Shown one piece after another: positions 13,001 through 25,910 of a DNA stretch of 64,000 nucleotides (within the stretch, counting starts at the first letter, position 1; every line of letters starts with the position of its first letter). A program made the position numbers and the translations under genes. The notes below the pieces were generated by a model, which was not told where the DNA came from, did not search any database, and worked only from the letters and a program-made list of their open reading frames with translations. Origin of the DNA: Ophelia neglecta (Eukaryota); NCBI GenBank assembly GCA_965285935.1, contig OZ260663.1, forward strand, positions 100,812,001 to 100,876,000. The letters are read 5' to 3'.

Positions 13001-15170
13001 AGTATATGTGGTATCCGATGTAAGGAGCGGCGCTGTCTGAGATGCCCGTCAGACCTTCCCTCCATTTCCAGTTTACCGAGTATTTGCTAATAGATAGAGG
13101 TGTTGTATCAACCACATCAGACCCACCGAACCGCATAACGGCTGGAAAAATATGTCTGGTTGTTATATTGCTTGTTAATATTAGCTTAAACATTATTCAC
13201 AACGGGGTTGAAATTCATGGCAGATTAACATCTAGCTTCAAATTAGTGAAGAAAACTAAAATTCGACTGATCCATACTGTTATAATTCAGAGATACATTC
13301 GACCGTACTATGTACAGCAAGCTTAGAGACCCATAGTATATCTATTGTGCAGGTTACTTACGTATTATGATTTCACACTGGTCCCCTGCTCGCCAGTCAT
13401 CGCTCACATAGAAATCACAATCAGTACAAGCCCCGCTCTCCCTGTCACAGCCATCCTTACACAGGTTGTTACACCGTCTTGTACAGGCAGGGCCGTAATA
13501 AGCAACCGGACATTCTGATAAATATACACAACAATTTTCTTATCTTTTATGAATATTTTGTGAAAATGAAAAATAGTGTACCATCATTGCAATTAGGGAT
13601 ATAAGTGCAAATGTTCTACCTGTATAGTTCGTTGTAGCAATAAGGGTATATCCCCTTGACGTGTAATATGTGTTGACATTTTCTACTGGCTCTTTATCAG
13701 TCATTTTCCTGTAGACAACCAGATTAAACTGGTACCGTGTCCCAGGCAGTAGTCCTGATACAGTCCCCTGCTGCCACTCTGTTTTAGAGTAACGCACGTC
13801 AGCTCCTAGTAACCACCCCTCTGATGACATTGTATACAGTCTGTAATATACATGGTATCCGATGTAAGGAGCGGCTCTGTCTGAGATGTCTGTACTCTCC
13901 TTCCATCTCCACGTGACCGAGTTTGTGGTCAATGATACCGGACTAGTCGGAACCTCGTCAGAATGGCCGAAATTCATCTGTGCTAGTAAAACCAGAGTAA
14001 ATCACTTTGAAAAAAGGAAGCATTTTCTTGAATTAATGTATATATTTGCTTCGTTCTACGCATACGACGAGTTGAGCGCGAAAAAACAACAAATTCCGAG
14101 TTAGTTACAATAACGATATATATATAATGATAGTTGACACTCACGTATTATGATATCACACTGGTCCCCTGTCAGCCAATAACCCGTCCCCTGGATATCA
14201 CCACAGCCATCAGTACACACCCCGCGGTCCCTGACACACAGTCTGGCCTTACACCCAGGGTTACAGACGTCATGGCATTCAGAGGCATCCCGGCAGGCTG
14301 GAAGCACAGAAAATCATGTTGAAGATTACCTTTAATTGATGTGCGTCCGACGGAACACTCATCTAAAGGAGTAATAATTCACTGATAACATGGGCCACGT
14401 GTATAATCACAAAGTGGTCAGTTAAATACTAGGGAATTGTGTGAATACAAGTTTATTTATTTTTTAAAGTTAATTAAGCTACCTGTTTTTCCGCATAACG
14501 TTTGCACGTGCCAAATATAGCTAATAATGTATATGAAACACGTGTGTTATGTATGTATGAATATTTTCGCATTATCTTATGTCCACGTATATGTACGTAT
14601 GTTAATAATTTCCAGAAATTGAAAAAGAAGAAACAATTTAATTCCTCAGCCCCCCCCCCCCCTTAACACACACACCTCATCCCTTTCCTTCTATGCCTCT
14701 CCCCTCTCTCCCTCCTACTTCCCAAACCCCTCTTGATACAAAGAAAGTTTCGCCCCCATCCTAGTTGTTTGTTTACGGCCAAGACGAGGCCCATTACATA
14801 CCCCTTTTTTTCTTCGAAAAAAGTGGGAAATAAACAGGAACTGGAATAACCGTACCAGAAGGAGGCAGACAAGGAGGAAATAATGCTGATAAGTGAATCT
14901 CGTTAATATTACGCCCATTGGATAATATTCGCTACGGTTCTCAGCGGGCACAAGCTTTAAAATGGAGGAATTATAGTTGAGCTCTTGGTCCATAAATGAA
15001 AGAGTCGTGACTACTATATTATAATGGTGTACACCACGATAACACTATGTTTTTGTTAAAGTTGAAAAGAGCGTCCTACACTGCTCTAGAGTGATATAAA
15101 ATAAAGATGTACCTTGTGTGTCCGCCAAGGCCAGGAAGAGCATCGATAGACATATTTTCATAGCTCCCAT
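4625..15170 (-). CDS. Copy 1: receptor-type protein tyrosine phosphatase with an EGF-FN3-EGF-FN3 ectodomain and tandem PTP D1/D2; apparently intact, 24 exons, about 1157 aa
   Basis: Hand-spliced exons, all GT-AG and phase-consistent, total 3474 nt. 15113-15170 signal peptide MGAMKICLSMLFLALADTQ; 14145-14297 EGF; 13620-13982 FN3; 13362-13514 EGF; 12779-13141 FN3; 12312-12440 S/T stalk; 11161-11323 TM IAGIVVACVVLIALAVGVLIFIVL; 10955-11073 RRRKK juxtamembrane; 10319-10620 Pro-rich; 9837-9924 KNRFNDI; 9536-9612 DYINAS; 9331-9370 YIASQG; 9128-9225 DMWRMIW; 8651-8779 KCERYWP; 7882-8027 WPD...VVHCS; 7561-7696 AGVGRTG...MVQT; 7252-7398; 6920-7016; 6476-6549; 5968-6102; 5554-5688; 5249-5406; 4972-5107; 4625-4699 ending YATYANFQ*. 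Exon sizes of 88, 77, 98, 136 and 135 nt match the classic conserved RPTP exon structure. Orthology (PTPRA/E versus PTPRK/M/T type) cannot be resolved by eye. Confidence 0.88.
7252..9924 (-). other. Copy 1 PTP domain D1 exons, catalytic motifs intact
   Basis: Motifs KNRF, DYINAS, YIASQGP, WRMIWQ, KCERYWP, WPD, VVHCSAGVGRTG (split across the 7882/7696 junction) and QTKVQY. Confidence 0.9.
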
Positions 15171-18100
15171 TTTTTTGTAGGGATTGAACCTAAAGGGAGT
15201 TCCACTGGTGAAATGCTTCGCTGTTTTCCTTCTTCGTTAACTTTTACCAAAGTATATTAAGGCTGCATTCATTACCTCTGCATGATAAAAGGTGTCGGTA
15301 GAAATGTCAAATATGACTCGGTGCGTTCCCTTTAATCCGGTATTACGCAGTATTAAACTCAATATTCTGCTGCCCAAATAATCTCCGGTAGAGTGGGGAT
15401 TCAAAATTTGTACTTCCTTGTTTGTGACATAGATCCAACCAACCGAGAACGCTTCATTCACAAATTTCTATACGTGAATATCGCGCCAGGGCAAGGGATA
15501 TGCATTTGCGCTTTGCCTTAAGTCTGGTTAGCACGTTTCAAATGCGGATCCTTACCTTTTAACAATGATTCGTGAAGCAGTGATGGCGTAGTCAACCTTC
15601 ACAAAAACTTACCTCTGTTGACGAGGTAAGGAGAATGGGGATAACTGTAAAACCCAGATACGAGACACCGATAATCAGATATGATATACAAGGAATTTAA
15701 AACGTAGCCGTTTAATGTAGGTTTGTGGTAGGGGTTAGGCTTAAGGATGGAAAGTTTCACTAAGGTTGTTTGCTAAACCCTACCCTCCTCGCACATAGAT
15801 TATTGGCCTCAGTCCGCCCCTGTCTACATAACAAAGGACATCTCACAGCATTCAAGGTAACCCAGCAAAATCCATATGTACCTTTAGAAATGTGTTAAAC
15901 GTCTGCGATAAAGCCCAGTAAACTGTCTCATAGAAAACATCCATTATAGCTCCCGACGGAGTCATTGAACCATGTCTTACAGTGATGTATTTACTATTTA
16001 AGGGCGCCGAGTGTAAGTTTAAGCAGCCGTACTTGACAATACGGTGTACATATTATATATTAACGTATATAGTATCGTATCTTAACGGAGTATCTAATAT
16101 ATTTATTAGATATCACATTGAAAACGATATACAGTGACCGCAGGAAAGCTCCTTCCTGGTACACCGTATATACCAAGGCGTCTGTATATTTAAAGCTTGT
16201 GTTGAATTGAAATGCAGACGACATTCCTGTTTGAACACGTTATGTATATATGATGACATTGGATTTTTTCTTGTATCATATAAAGAGCAGGCGGGGGGGG
16301 GGGGGGTTACCATGTAACCCAGCAATAAATGGCAATTTGAGTAAGTGTACCGGAAACTAATGATTATCCGACTAACATGCTGTCGTACTTTTTCCAATCA
16401 TCCATTAGTCTACCTTTTTCAAATCGTATTTCAACCACTGATATATTACTCAGAACCAACACTGACAACGAGTTACAAAGAACGCTGGACATAAAATCGC
16501 TGTACAAATCAGGTCAACCATACCATAGTGTCATTGCAAGGATCGGGCCACGTCAAGTGTTTGATTGAAAGAGTAATGTAGTTGCTGAATGTGTAGCAGT
16601 AACCATATTTGAATTTGAACCATATTTGAAGTCATTAAATGCACAAAGTCTGTCTTTAAAGGCTATATCCTGTGTTGTCATAGCAACGCATTTACCAGTT
16701 ACAACTAATTTTGAAACTTGATGCAACAAAGAAACTTAACTGGTAACTGGGTGAATCAAGTGGCGGCTGATATTTATCTTTACCGGATGATATAGTGAAT
16801 GTAATAGAAAGTAGGGTAATATGCCTATTCAATAACAGCCGTTTCAAATCAGCAATGTTGCTCCATCCTCTCTAGTCGGAGCGCCGATTTCTAGGTTGCA
16901 GGAAACTAAATAAATCTCCTATCGTTTACATGTTAAATGAACATTATTCGACATCATTTTTCACATATTTAATAACATTTCTGCCCAGTGGCCTACATTT
17001 CAGGGGAAAATAAAATTAACACAGCATATGTACAAAAAAGTTGATAGAGGCCCGGGAAGAAAATATGGCTTCTTTACGTGTTTTTTCACACGAACCCATG
17101 AATATCCACTTATCTCGTTCACAATCCCACATTTCCAAATAATACCCTTGCCTTAAATTGTTTAGTGTTCATAAGCATAGTATCTATATTTTACTATCAA
17201 TATATATTCCAGGCATTCCACGCACGTTTCTGCCTTATTGGCCTATCACAGGTCAGCTTGGCCAATCTCGACTACTGGTATCTTGGGGAATCTCTTATAC
17301 GAATTCCACAAGCTTTGTCCACCGTGCCCAAAGCCCACTCATTAGTTACTAGCTTCGCCAACCACGACCGAAGCCTAGTTCGAACACCTTCCTGTCCGGG
17401 TACCGTCTAATTTGATTACCTGCCGGCTCTGGCTTATAATGCCAGACACAATTTGGCAGGAATACACCTACTAGCCCTGTGAGAATAGTATGTGAATTGA
17501 TTCACTTCATGACCAGCTCTCTTGTTTAGCTCAGGAAACGCCCCTCCGAGTGCTGCATGAACAACGCGTTAAATGACTCACTCCGTGAACAGCTGCCTTA
17601 AGTACAGTACACACTATCTGCACAGTTCACAAGCTACAAGAGCTCTTAAGCACTCACTGACATAAACATGCCAACTATACTAGCTACTATAACAGCTACT
17701 GTACACCAGCCAATAAACATGGGGTTTACAATCTTATTTACTAATACCCAATATTATTAAACCAAGCACTGTGCTATATGTAGCACGCACACGTTTGAAT
17801 AGAGAATAGGTCTTATTATACATTTTAATATTCCTTGAACTGAGGTTTCTTACTTCAGGCATGAATAACTACTAAAAAAACTGTTTCCTAGCTGTAGAGT
17901 TTGTGAAGGTATGTTTCTAAATATATTTGGGCGTACCAGGAGAATAATTGATCATAGCATTGCCTGTGGTCTTTTCAGCACATTAAATGGTACGTTTTTG
18001 TATTGCATAGCTTAGTAACGATTAAATCATCAAATCTTCCACGTATAAACACAAATCTACAAAAAAATTAAAGTTTTAATGGTATTATAATAAAAAGCGT

Positions 18101-21100
18101 TTTATTAATTTTTTATATCATAATACAAAACGTTTGGCAAGCAAATTACAAATAGAATATGCCAATATGGCAAGGGCCACCGGTATGTTCATTATTTTGT
18201 TATATTTCATAATTTTTAATTAACTTGATAAACTAGACCAACATGCTGATAACTTGTATTTGTACAGCGTCCTTATTAACATTCATTGCTATCACTGGCG
18301 CTACTTTATTTCACATTAAATGTATAACACTTAGTAACTGCACTATCGGGAATTCACAAGTCCTCTCTCACAGTGACACACGACTTGTCAATATAGGAAA
18401 TTAAACGACAAGCCTATATAGTCAAGGCATATGACACCCATGTCTATGTCTCGAATTATTACATCATATAAGAAGAATTTCTAAATAAAGTCACACATAA
18501 ACTTTATATCATTACAAGTTACATTGTCACATCTTGTTTAAGATGCACTCATTCCTCGAATAAATCTAACAAAAAAGCAAAACTTATCTAAACAGACTGT
18601 CAACAGACGCATTAAAAGAATGCAAAGGAAAGGGGCATATAACATAATTGTATTTGTCAGTGTAGGTCATCAGATAGGAAGAAAAATCAATATGAGTTGT
18701 TTATACACAGCAATATCTGGACAAATAAAACTATATAAAATAAAACCAAAAAGCTATAGCCATCAAAGCTAGAGCCAGGCAATAATACCATCCGTACATG
18801 AATCTATCCCAGACTTGGTGGAAAACAACATTGTCACCGTACTGCATTTATGGCAGAAACTATTTCTGCCCTTGGGATATAAAAACTATATCCGAATAAA
18901 CCCTTCTTCGATATATCACTTTCCACCAAATATGTAAGATTTTTTCAAAGCTGGTCCGAGAATACAGCCCGGCGGTAGCAGAACCATCAGGATCCCGCTG
19001 GTGAACAGTGCAATTAATCACACAAACTTCTATTTCTCAAAGATGCAGTTTTATCGGTGAAATACAGCGCCGGGCTAAATTCCCTCCGAGCCCCCCATTT
19101 ACTGATATTCACAAAACCATCAGCCAATGAAGGGCTCGGAAGGCATTAAGCCCGGACATCTTCTCCGGAAATGGCAAACAACGAAAACTGCCAATAGATT
19201 CAATCATAAATTCAAATAAGGCGCCAAATCTAAAGACTCAGATTGATAGGTAGAAAGTACAAATGGTGGCGAAACATGATTCGATCACAACAAGCTCCAA
19301 TCTCTGTGCTGTTTTTTCATGGGTGTATATAAATACACATTGTTAAATTTAGTTTTGTACAAACAGGATGCTATATAAGTGTTCTGGTGTACTTTGTCCT
19401 TTCTGTTGGGTTTTGTAATTATATACGGAACTATAATATATGTGATAAAAGGGCAAGCTTGTACAATGTCCAAAATTTGCTATTTAGGTCGCTACTCCGA
19501 GTTGGACGTACTTCCATTAATATTTCTGGCGTTTAAGATACCGGATATCTTGGAGCTCTTCCTTACTGGAAGTTGGCGTATGTGGCATATCTGGACATAC
19601 AGTGCAAGGCCAGCTCATGGAGGTATCTGTACTGGGCCTGTAACGACAAGGGTACGGTACAATACTGTATTTTTTACAGTTGCTAGACCAAGGCCTTCAT
19701 CAATAAAAAACAAAAGTGAAGAGCGGAATTCGAACACATATTTACGATACCTACATTGATGATAATTATATTGATTTGACGGAAACAATGAAATCCAATA
19801 GCAGTTAGCATAAGGTTACAGCAATATTGAATACTCGAAGTCATTTAAAAGAAGTATATCCTGAAACTTGGGTTATTATGAATCACTATAAAAACATTAT
19901 AAAACAATACATATATAATTGTAATGCTATGCTCTTTTCGTACCAGTGAGTTAACAAACTGGGGTCTTCGGTCGCAGACGTAACGGAGACAAAGGAACAC
20001 GTCGACCGCTTGGTCGACTTTCATCTTCTCTAACATACAGTTGGCAGCACAAAACAGGCCACTCCTCATCGCCCCGTCCCTGGAGGAAAAATAACATAAG
20101 CAAGTTGGTTTGGATTTGTTCAAAATATATCGGATGCATTTTCATATTTTCATATGTAGGACGAGGAAACAACCTACGGCCTCCTTCGATCCCACCCCCA
20201 AATACTTACATGCACTGTACAATGATTGGTTTGGCTGGGCCTCTGTCTCTCATCCAACTATCTATTGTGTCTAAGAGATCCAAGAGCGAGTTCATCTCCG
20301 GCAGCTCGCTGGTGTCCGGCCAATCCGATAACTGGAATTGTCTGACAGTCAACGGCTCGCTATCATCCTGTACGAGGAAATAAAAGTCAGCATATACTCA
20401 AGGTTTGTTAATTATGCTAAAAAGCTATTAAATGCCCCCAACTGTATGGAGCAGTTTAGATTGTTTCGTAGCGGGTACTTTTTCTTATATCATCAAAGTC
20501 GGTTTTACCAAGAACCCACAAAGAGAAGACATCAATGTTTATTTCACTATTTGGCCATGTGTATACCTCGTCTGGTTCTGTGACTTGGAACTCTCTAACA
20601 AGGATAGGCCCAATTGTCTCTGTTAATATGATCTCCACTTGTATTCCGCCGTACATCTGTCTGTGGTACTCGTCGTCGTCTGGCCAGTACCTCGAAAACG
20701 ACTGGACAGAGATGAAGAGAAACGTGTTGTTTGCAGAGATTGGAATAAGCATAATTCATGCACCTAATGGCTCGCAAGATAATTAGCACTTGACTAAATT
20801 CATTTCATATACACTTTACCGTGATTGTAATTGTGGGCATTGGTTCCTGAAGGTAATGATTCATGCTAATACTATTATCTTATGTTAAGCTTTTTTACTT
20901 CATATATCAGGGTACGAATCATTATGCGGATTACTAGACATACTAAATGCATTTATTAAAAATTATAGATATTGATAATCGCCGTTACCGAGTCATTCCC
21001 ATCTTGCTTGTCTAGCAGTACAATAGTAGAGGATTTCTCTTGGTACACCAGACGCCAGAAGTCGTTAATAGTGCTGGTCAGCGGCATTTGGGTGGCGATC

Positions 21101-24100
21101 ATTGCCCTCTCCTTCAGGTATGTCTGATCATGTAACAAATAATGCAACAAATAGGATAATTTTGTTTATATCTTGTTTTGGGGTGAAGGGGACGGAACCC
21201 CATGATAGTGTCTAAACATTATATTTCACTACCATCATTTAAACGCTGTCTACAGATTTGAAAACCGTCAAACACTTTTCCCGGATGACGGGACTTATAT
21301 ATTTGGCTAGAAGCTTAAAGGAAATACAGTTGTGGTTAAGATCGAACCCTCCATTTTCCCCAAACTCCTGTAATGATAGAGGAAAGAAGTCCTATATACT
21401 TGGTACATAATTGCAAAGTTTCGCATTTACCAAATGCGGCATTATATTGCTTTGAAAGTTACAGTGATTAAGTCCAAATAACCTCCCACTTGCCATATAC
21501 GACTTTCTTTAATATCAGTTACATTCTTACATCCACGTAGACGGCATTAATGTAAGTTCCCTCTTTTTCTGACGTCATCTTCAGTACAGGAAAGTCATCG
21601 TCTCCTGTATGAAGATTAATTAAAGTTAATTAAGGTATACCTTAAGCATAATACAAAATTGCAGATACGGATACAGAGTATAAGGAAATTGGCTTCATGT
21701 ATAAGGTTTGGTATGTTTCAGTCAAATTCATAGCAAAACCATACGACTAACACCGTTACAACTAAAACTAATTGTTTCCGTACAAGTGCATCTCGTAATT
21801 CACTCGTGTCTCGTATCTGTTTTTAAAATATGGCGTAAACCAAGCTAAAGAAAATGCTTCTTGATTTATTTTTTTCTACAAATATAAAACCATGCAAACT
21901 TGTCTGAACATACTAGGAACGATCTCGTCATTTCTGTTCTTGTCGGCGTTTTCATCCAGAAGGCCAATCAGGTTTTCCCGTTGGATTGTCGCTTTGACGC
22001 TGTTCAATTTCTAAAATAATATGAAAAATGTCTGTTCTTTAACAATATTGCCGCTTTAAGTGTCAGGCACAATTATTGTGACAGCTGCGTTCCATTGGTA
22101 AATTTCAGTGTTTATAGCTAAGATATTACAGTATTCATTAAATGTAGTCTTGATAGTTTGTCCGAAAAAAAAATCGGTGACAAGTGTGTATCCAGAATAT
22201 ACTTTGTATTGCCAGATACCTAGCTACAGGGTTAATAAGTACCTCAAATTGTTCCCCCAGAGGTGTCGTCTTATTTTCATTAACAGTCCCAAGCGCGTTA
22301 ATTGTCAATTGAAGGTTGGCGCATGGAATGAAGGTGTCTCCGCAGGTCACATGGTCAAGCAGAGCTTTATATACGAACTCGTATTGGGCCTGAAATAGGC
22401 TATACATTAATGTTAGGATATAGGCTTGACGTGATAAGAGATGTATCAGGCAATAGAAACGGGGAGAACGTTGAATATTCCCTAGATGGGTCCATTAACC
22501 CAAGAACTATTAAAGTGCTCATGTATTGTACTAAAGTTTGTGGCGGCGTATAGCTACTTTTATCAAGCCACCTTTTGAGGCAGCATGTATATGTGTTTAA
22601 CAAGCGTGTTACCTTAGTTTGTACCATCTTGAGCCGCTCCCGCCTCAGGCAGTTAACCAATGAGAAGACGTCCACTTTACCCTCCGCCTCGGCCTGTTGT
22701 ATCAGACAATCCAGAGCGATGAATGTCCCAGTTCGTCCTACCCAATTACAATACAGTGAGTAATAGTATGTCTTTATTTGTAATATTATTTTATTATAAT
22801 TAAGATGTTTTCTTCGAAAAGAAATCATGTTTCTATAACCCAACCACCACAACATTTATAAATTATACGAGCAGAAATTGTATTTCTCATATTAAATAAT
22901 AGTTTCCTTTTTGTTTACCTGCAGTGCACGATCATGGGACCCTTACTGACGCTGTCAAAGGATCTGACCTTCCTTCTGAAGGCGAGCAGAGGGTAGGCCT
23001 GCTCCGGGGCCTTCTTGTCGGGCCATTGCAGAAATTGCATATGACGTACAGTCCTGGATTCTTTCTGTACAATTAACAATGTATGATTAGTTTCGCATTG
23101 GACACTTATTCATATTTTGAACATTAAAGGCGGTTTTTGGTGTATTTTGACATTTGCTATGGCTTAAACTAATTAAAGATGAATCATTCTTATGCATTGA
23201 CTTTATGGCGGAAAGTACCCATACACATGCTGTTATGTGATCATGAGTTTTCCGGACAAGGTGTTGCAGCTAAAACTCATTAGGTGGCGGAGAAGAAGCC
23301 CATGTAGGCTTTGGGCGATATTTGATTTTCCATTGGACACACAGATGCCAATCAGTCTTAAGTGCAACCAAAGTTGGCTCACTTTGCTGCATTACAGGTC
23401 GTTTAGTCCAAGAACCAAAATACATGAAGCATTGATAATGGCACTGAATCGAGGTGGAGTGCAGGACGGTTTATCTAGCACAAAGTACCCTGGGTATACT
23501 CTAATGGCCCATAGGTGGATACTCCTCCCTATTAACCGTTGGTTAATAACACTACCGTGAGTATGTATCGTACATGAGCCAAAGAAAATAAACTGCTGGG
23601 AAAGGGATCTTCAAGTTAAGTACCACAATTCTGTTCACACGAACCTGACATTAGAACCTACCCTTTTACAGACGTTGAGTATGCAAAGGTTGTAATCCGT
23701 GAAGGTATCACGGCTGACTGTGGTGATCCGGTAGTTACCATACTGCTCCTGACCCCCCACCTTCTCAGGCCAGTATCTCTCACACTTCCTCTGTTAACCA
23801 GGGAATAAGTAAGTCAAATAACTTAACTGTTAAATAGATATATGTATCTATACCGGTCTTGAACAATCAAACCTGTTGAATTCCGCTTTCGTCAGATAAA
23901 AATTAATGAACATAATTCAAATATAGCATTGGCTTGCTTAAACATAGTCTTAATAAACTTAGCTACATAGACAATGATAGACTTTGATAATATGGTGACC
24001 TCTTTCGTTTTCATATATCTCATACAGGTATTTTGATTTCCATAACAACTGAATATCAACTGGTCATATACCTTTTTATTTTCTACAAACTTGGTGAGCA

Positions 24101-25910
24101 TAACAATTCTATTAGCTTTAGATTGCCAAATCATTCTCCACATATCACGAGTAGTTTGAGGCCTTGGTCCTGAAAAAAAAAGAAAAGAATACCGACCCTG
24201 TAAGCTGTGTTAATTAAAGACGTTTTTAATGTAAAGGTTTAGTGTATTTGTGTATATTTAGCAGAGGAAGTCTTTGATGAACGCACCTTGTGAAGCAATG
24301 TAAGCTTTCTCCGTCCAGTTGTATCCCTGCGGATTGATATATTTAATGGCATGGAAAAGAATGGAGACACGAATATGAGTTGACAGTTGACGTGAATGGA
24401 ATTGTATAATTTAGACATTTTACAGTCTATCTGGCGATTAATTAAACCATCACGTATACTTATATATTACTAAAATGTAAATAAATGTTTCTTATGTCAT
24501 AAGATATTATGACAATTGATAGTTTCCTGATTGTTGTAATATAAGTACATCTTACCGTGATATAACTTGCGTTTATGTAGTCAGTTTCCCTAGCCGATTC
24601 TTCTATATCTAACACCACTCTATTATAGTCATCTGTATATGTATGAAATGTTTATTATTCTGCATCTACAGTTTACTCCTCAATTTATAAAGAACTCAAT
24701 AAAGCCAACACTTTATCAGCCTCAAAAATGAAATATCATGTAGTTGTTGTTCCTCTATAAACAATACTCAAATCACTTTATATCATAAAACAATCTTATA
24801 GCCTTTAACTAGTTCAGCAGTCAATCACACATACATGCAGTTATATCGTTAAACCTATTTTTCGGATGGTTTTCAGTCAATCGCCCTACAAGTATATCAA
24901 AAAGGGGTTCGCCTGGGATATCCTGAAAGAGAAGAAAACATACTGATTTGCTAATTTTGCTCCTCACATCCGGTTAGACATATTCTGATGTTTTATTTTA
25001 ATTTTTCCTAAATCAGAAATAGAAAAAAACTATAGACTGTATTTTATTTGGAATCACTTTGGTAGATGAATTAGTGTATCAAGTGTGATAAATGGTCTTT
25101 GGATCAATATTAAATTACATTTTTATGACAGTATATGACAGCTTTAAGTGTGGTTCTATTGGCTGAAGTTGTGTTTTGGAAGAAATCGATCAGCAGTTTA
25201 ATATACGTACCGGTGCTTTTACCAGGCGTATACAATTCTGACCTTATATAATATAAGTATAGAGCATGCAGATAATTTTACTTATCAAATACTTGTCCAT
25301 TAATACAAATACCCCCAAACAAGAAATGATCAATCGTTTCAAACCCTAAATTCCTCTTTGAATCCGTCACTCTTCTCCAGCTTGTCGTCGATGTAATTCT
25401 TTAGATTGTCGACACTGATGACATTGGGCTCGAAGGACGGCGGGGACGGCAGTGAAGGCGTCTCATTCGCTGGACGATGTACTGTCACTTTATTATCCTC
25501 CGGGAATCGCTCTCTCTTAATTCCCGTTGACAGTTTTTTCAGTTTTTCCAGTGCTGTTGGTTAAGGTGGCTTCTCCGGTTTGTGCGGATTAGGTGGTGTC
25601 TTGGTTGCAGGTTTTGGTGATTTATCAGGATTGGCCGCTGTGAAATCAGGCAATCAGAATAAATCACAACAATTGAAATGCATCGAATTCTACAACAACA
25701 TCGCCAGTCATCCTTTATATTGTTGAGCTTATATGGATCTAAGTCAAAAAAAATTTAAATTGCAGTTATCAGTGAATTCAGAGCTTTCTGGCTGTTTAAT
25801 CTAAGCCTCGTGCATATGCACATCAACATAAACATGGATTTTTTAATGTTTACTGATTTGGTAATTCTCTTTTTTTAAAGTAACACATCATTTTCAAAAT
25901 ACCTATTTGT
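14750..25910. repeat. Segmental duplication block A (copy 1 5-prime end, intergenic DNA, copy 2 3-prime half); paralogous to about 47220-64000 once the BEL element is removed
   Basis: Collinear non-coding similarity: 15100-16970 with 47600-49591; 16971-19620 with 56846-59485; 20570-25910 with 59485-64000. Confidence 0.88.
19070..19155. repeat. Short inverted-repeat element (24-bp arms), with a paralog at 58971-59056
   Basis: Arms CCGGGCTAAATTCCCTCCGAGCCC and GGGCTCGGAAGGCATTAAGCCCGG. Only a collapsed remnant is present at about 3995-4030. Confidence 0.75.

Noticed and set aside
15237-15461. Identical upstream ORF MNEAFSVGWIYV... in copies 1 and 3 (47757-47951)
   Set aside because: It lies in near-identical promoter DNA, is frameshifted in copy 3 and is not conserved in copy 2.
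15715-15785. GGGTTAGG / CCCTACCC telomere-like motifs upstream of each gene
   Set aside because: Too short and degenerate to call an interstitial telomeric repeat or a transposon end.
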